Shown here piece after piece: positions 58,178 to 64,000 of a stretch of 64,000 bases of DNA. The DNA lies in NCBI RefSeq assembly GCF_963921235.1, contig NC_086097.1, forward strand, positions 2,666,001 through 2,730,000. The letters run 5' to 3'. Source of the stretch: Mobula hypostoma. Lineage: Eukaryota. Both the position numbers and the translations under genes were made by a program. The notes under the pieces were generated by a model that did not search any database, was not told the origin of the DNA, and was given only the letters and a program-made list of their open reading frames with translations. Position 1 is the stretch's first letter. Every line of letters starts with the position of its first letter.

Positions 58178-60175
58178 TAAGAAGATATAGAAATAGGAGC
58201 AGAAGTAGGCCATCCGGCCCATCGAGCCTGCCCGCCATTCAATAAGATCATGGCTGATCTGTCCATAACCTCAGCTCCAACTACCTGCCTTTTCCCCATA
58301 ACCCTTGATTTCCTTACTATGTAAAAATCTGTCTAACTGTTTGTTAAATGTATTTAGAGAGGAAGCCACAACTGCTTCCCTGGGCAGAGAATTCCACAGA
58401 TTCGCCATTCTCTGGGAAAAACAGTTTCTCCTCATCTCCGTCCTAAATCTTCTCCCCTGAATCTTGAGGCAATGTCGCCTAGTTCTAGTCTCACCTACCA
58501 ATGGAAACAACTTTCCTGCCTCTATCTTATCTACACCTTGCAAAATTTTGTATGTTTCTATAAGATCCCCTCTCATTCTTCTGAATTCCAGAGAGTATAG
58601 TCCCAGGTGACTCAATCTCTCCTCACCTTCACCTCTGAAATCAACCTGCTGAACCTCCTCTGCACTGCCTCCAAAGCCAGTATATCCTTCCTCAAGTGTG
58701 GAGACCAGAACTGCACAACGTACTCCAGGTGCGACCTCACCAGTACCCTGTATAGTTGCAGCATGACCTCCCTGCTCTTGAATTCAATCCCTCTAGCAAT
58801 GAAGGCCAACATTCCATTTGCCTTCTTAATAACCTGTTGTACCTGCAAGCCAACTCTTTGCGATTCATGAACAAGTCCCTCTGCACAACAGCATGCTGCA
58901 ATCTTTCACCATTTAAATAATAATCTGCTCTTCTTATATTCCTTCCAAAGTGGATGATCTCGCATTTACCAACATTGTATTCCATCTGCCAGACCTTGGC
59001 CCACTCACTTAACCTATCTATATCCCTCTGTAGACTCTACACATCCTCTGTACAATTTGCTTTTCGTTTAGTGTCATCAGCAAATTTTGCTACGCTACAC
59101 TCAGTCCCCTCTTCCAAATCATCAATGTAAATAGTAAACAGCTGCAGGCCCAGCACCGACCCCTGCAGCACCCCACTCACCACTGACTGCCAACCGGAGA
59201 AACACCCATTTACCCTAACTCTCTGCCTTCTATTGATTAACCAATCCACTATCCATGCCAATACACTTCCTCCGACTCCATGCATTCGTATCTTATTTAA
59301 GTCTCCTGTGCGGCACCTTACAGATAGATAGATAGATATACTTTATTGATCCCGAGGGAAATTTGGTTTCGTTACAGCCGCACCAACTAAGAATAGAGCA
59401 TAAATATAGCAATACAAAAACCCCATTGAACACCTTCTGGAAATCCAAGTATATGACACCCACCTGTTCCCCTCTATCCACTGCACCCATTATGTCCTCA
59501 AAGAACTCCGGTAAGTTTGTCAAACAGGACCTGCCCTTTCTGAATCCATGCTGTGTCTGTCTAATGGAACCACTCCTTTCTAAATGTTTCGCTATTTCTT
59601 CCTTAATGACAGCTTCAGGCATTTTCCTGACGTGGCGTAACATTTGCTCTCTTTCAATCCATTGAGATCTGCCCAGAGTCTAGATAAATGATTACCAAAT
59701 TGTCTACTATAACCTCCACCAATTCCCTCAGCACCCTGGGATGCATCCCATCAGGACCAGGGGACTTATCTACCTTCAGGCTCTCTAGTTTGCTCATCAC
59801 TATCTCTTTAGTGACAGTGATTTTAATCGAGGTCCTCACTTCCCATTTAATCCATAACATCCTTCTTTGGCGTATTAAATGTGTCCTCCACTGCGAAGAC
59901 TGACACAAAATAGTTGTTCAATGCCTCAGCCATTTCCTTATCACCCAATATCAATCTCCCTTTCTCGTCTTCCAGGGGACCTACGTTGACTTTAGCCACC
60001 CTCTTCCGCTTTATATATTTATAAAAACTTTTGCTTTATCTGTTTTTATATTTTGTGCTAATTTACTTTCATACTCTATCTTCCCTTTCCTTATTTCTTG
60101 TTTAGTTGTTCATTGTTGCTTTTTAAAGTTTTCTCAATCCTCCAGTCTCCCACTGCTCTTTACGACTTTGTACAC
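58178..60175 (-). mobile_element. CR1 RT and 3' end, with a small (ctat)n-tailed insert at about 59321-59425
   Basis: [59 protein letters not shown]. Confidence 0.9.
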
Positions 60176-60264
60176 ATCTCCAAGTTGCAATATTTCTAAC
60201 CGGGTCACAAACCAACATTCATCCCAACTGGCACCATTTGACAATTCTGTCAAACGATCCTCCT

Positions 60265-62690
60265 TGTGCTGCTGTGCAGACCCCACTGGCTGCCTAGGGA
60301 GTTCACAGCGGTGTACATTCTGCCACAGGCTGACACTGACCTGGCTCTCAAGGAACTGTACGAGTCCATCAACACACTGGAGACTGCACACCCAGAGGCT
60401 ACCTTCATCGTCACTAGTGAACTTAATCAAGCGTTGCTGATGAAGGACTCTCTGAAGTTTTGTCACACATCCAGGTGGGCACTAGTGGAGATAACATACT
60501 TGACCACTGCTACACTCCCTTCCACAACGCTTACAAAGCTCTCCTTCGCCCAGCTTCTGGAAAATCGAATCACTCTTCGATCCTGCTTTTGCCAACGTAC
60601 AGGCAGAAGCTGAAACAATTGGTGGCCATAGTTAAAACCGTCCACTGTTGGCCTGACCAATCGGCCTCCATGCTGCAGGACTGCTTCAATGATGTCGACT
60701 GGAATGTCTACCATGATGAGGATGTCTCCGAGTTCACTGATGGAGTCACATGCTTCATCCGGAAGTGCTTCAATGCTGTTGTCCCCCAGAAGTCGGTCAG
60801 GATCTTCCCAAACTGGAACCCTGGATCAATAGTTCCATACAAGCAGCACTTACAGCGTGACATTGAGCTCACATCGCTGGCAATCAACTAGAGCTCAAGA
60901 AAAGCAGCTATGATCTGCACAAAGCTATTAAGGCTGTGACACAACAATATAGGGACAAGATTAAGTCAAGATTCACAACGAATAGCACACGTGACTTGTG
61001 GCGAGGGCTGCATACCATCGCAGACTTCAAAGTCAAACGTTGTGGTGCCGCCAACATCACGGCCTCTCTCCCAGATGAGCTCAATCACTTGTATGTTGCT
61101 AACTCCGAGCCTGCAAGGAAAGCCACAGCTACAACCTGGTCATCGCTGAGGCACACAGATGTTTCCAACGAGTGGACAGTCGCAAGGCTGTGGGACCAGA
61201 CAGCATCCCAGAGCGAGTTCTCAGGATGTGCGTAGCACAACTGGCAGGTGTGTTTACTGACAATTTTAATCTTTCTCCTTCTCCTCCCACCCCAATGTAG
61301 AGTGTCCCCCACTTCAAATTATCCACCATTGTCCCTGTACCCAAAAAAGACCAAAGTAACATGCCTGAATGACTGACATTCTGTCGCACTCACCTCAATA
61401 ATAAGCAAATGCTTTGAGAGGCTGGTCAGGGATTACATCTGCAGCTTGTTACCACCCAAACTGGACCCCCTACAATTCACCCACCGACACAACCGATCGA
61501 CAGATGATGCAATAGCCACTGCTCTACATACCGTCCTTACACATCTGGAGAAGGATGCTTATGTGAGAATGCTGTTCTTGGACTACAGTTCAGCATTCAA
61601 CACCATAGTTCCATCCAGGCTCAACAAGAAGCTCAGAGACGTTGGCCTTGACCCTGCCTTGCGGACATCGAGCCTCGGGACTTCAGCCTCCAACCTGTCA
61701 GATCGCCAGCAGGTTGTAAGAGTGGGCTCCCTCACCTCCAACCCTCTGACTCTCAATACAGGAGCCCCTCAGGACTGCATACCGAGTCCCCTCCTTTACT
61801 CACTGTATACCCATGACTGTATTGCCACCCACAGCTCTAATCTGCTGATTAAATTTGCTGACAACACTACATTCATTGGCATAATCTCAAACAATAATGA
61901 GGAGGCCTGCAGGGAAGAAGTCATCTTTCTGACAGAGGTTATCAAGAAAACAACCTCGCCCCCTGTCGCGAAAACAAAGGAGATGGTTGTGGATTACAGG
62001 AGGAATGGAGACAGGCTATACTCTATTGCCATCAATGGATCTGGGGTGAGAGGGGAAACAGCTTTAAGTTCCTCGGCATCCACATCACCGAGGACCTCAC
62101 ATGGTCTGTACACACCAGCTGTGTGGTGAAAAAGGCACAACAGTGCCTCTTTCACCTCAGGCAGTTGAGGAAGTTTGGTATGGGCCCCCAAATCCTAAGA
62201 AATTTCTATAGGGGCACAATTGAGAGCATCCTGACTAGCTGTATCACTGCCTGGGAACTGTATTTCCCTCAATCGCAGGACTCTGCAGAGAGTGGTGCGG
62301 ACAGCCCAGCACATCTATAGTTGTGAACTTCCCATGATTCAGGTCATTTACAAAGACAGGTGAGTAAAAAGGGCCTGTAGGATCATTGGGGACCCGAGTC
62401 ACCCCAAACACAATCTATTCCAGCTGCTACCATCCGGGAAATGGTACTGCAGCATAAAAGCCAGGACCAACAGGCTCCGGGACAGCTTCTTCCACCAGGC
62501 CATCAGACTGACGAACTCACACTGATTTGAGTGTACTCTATATTACATTGACTGTCCTATTTACCATAAATTATAAATTACTATAATTGCACATTGCACA
62601 TTTAGACAGAGATGTAACGTGAAGATTTTTTTTTACACCTCATATGTGAAGGATGTAAGAAATAAAGTCAATTCAATTCATATTCATTGA
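60265..62690 (+). mobile_element. Rex1/Babar LINE (APE to 3' tail), decayed
   Basis: ILDHCYT, LDPLQF, YVRMLFLDYSSAFNTI, GAPQ, KFADNTT, KKAQQCLF; aataaagtcaattcaattca tail. Confidence 0.9.
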
Positions 62691-62789
62691 TCCTTTATCT
62701 GATTTGACTTTTGGTACTTGACAAACAATTCTGAACCTCATTTGGTTACACCCAAGGATCCGGTTCCAGGACCATCCACAACCACGTCA

Positions 62790-64000
62790 TACAGAAGTAC
62801 AGCACAGAAACAGGCTCTTTGGTGCATCGAGTCCACGCTGAAACCATTTAAACTGCCTACTCCCAATGACCCGAACCATAGCCTCCATATCCTCGCTATC
62901 CATGTACCTATCCAAACTTCTCTTAAACGTTGAAATCAAGTTCGCGTGCCCCACTTGAGTTGGCAGCTCATTCCACACTGTCATGACCCTCTGAGTGAAG
63001 AGGTTCCCCTCATGTTCCCCTTAAACTTTTCATCTTTCACCCAAAACCTCCAGTTAGTGTTCTACCCAATCTCAGTGGAAAAAGCATTTACCCCATCTAT
63101 ACCCTCACAATTTTGTATACCGCTATCAAATCTCCTCTCAATCTTCTTCATTCTACCAAATACAGTTCTAACCTATAGAATCTTTCCTTATAACCCAGGT
63201 CTTCCAGACCCAGCAACAACCTTGTCAATTTTCTCTGCACCCCTTAACCTTGTTTACATCTTTACTGTAGGCTGGTGACCAAAATTGCACACAATACTCC
63301 AAATTAAGCCTCACCAGCATCTTATACAACTTCAATATAACATCTGTAATTAACACATTGACTTACGAAGGCCAATGTGCCAAAAGCTTTCTTTATGATC
63401 CTATCTACCTGTGACACCACTTTCAATGAAATGTACAAACGTACTTGTATTCTCAGAACCCTTTGTTCAACCACATGCCTTTCTGCCCTATCGTTCACTG
63501 ATTGGTCCTACCAAAGTGCAAAACCTCACACTTGTTTACATTAAATTCCATCTGCCATTTTCAGCCCATTTTTCCAGCTGATGCAGATCCTTCTGCAAGC
63601 CATGATAGCCTTCCTCACTGTCTACCACATCCCCAATCTTGGTGTCATCAGTAAATTTGCCGATCCAGTTAACCACGTTATCATCCAGATCATTGATATA
63701 AATGACAAATAACAAAGAACAGAGCTACAAACCCTGAAGCACACCACTAGTCACAGGCCTCCAGTCAGAAAGGCAACCTCCCCACTACCACTGTCTGGCC
63801 TCTTCCACAGAGCCAATGACAAATCCAATTTAAATGCTGAGCGACTGAACCTTCTTGACCAGCCTCCCATGCGGCAATTGTCAAAGGCCTTGCTGAAGTC
63901 CATTTAGACACCATCTAATGCCTTGCCTTCACCAAATTTCCAGGTAACTTCCTTGAAAAACTATAAAATTGGTTAAACATGACCTACTATGCATGAAGCC
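62790..64000 (-). mobile_element. CR1 RT and 3' fragment, runs off the window end
   Basis: Reverse strand gacttcagcaaggcctttgac (DFSKAFD), aaatttactgatgacacc, ggagtattgtgtgcaatttt. Confidence 0.85.

Overview
Eukaryotic vertebrate genomic DNA. The CR1/V-SINE/Rex1/Penelope repeat spectrum suggests a cartilaginous fish (shark or ray); that assignment is inference. The only host gene is BTBD7 on the minus strand: five coding exons (36207-36126, 22302-21220, 11649-11441, 9253-9178, 7131-6971) with GT-AG sites and consistent phases. Downstream exons lie left of the window and no promoter was identified. Most of the rest is intronic transposon sequence: CR1, L1, Rex1/Babar, L2, RTE and Vingi-like LINEs, Penelope-like fragments, SINEs, solo LTRs, and Tc1, Tigger, pogo and hAT DNA transposons. 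Highlights: (1) a CR1 whose AUG-less ORF2 is entered exactly by a -1 slip at a U-UUA-AAC heptamer just before the ORF1 stop, with the motif retained in other CR1 copies here; (2) a 12 kb three-level nest (pogo > CR1 > full-length L1 that has a single nonsense codon) with the two inner TSDs intact; (3) about ten decayed minimal hammerhead ribozymes in Penelope-like pLTR fragments; (4) five upstream AUGs just before the BTBD7 start. Boundaries of decayed repeats are approximate, and family names come from motif recognition, not database searches.
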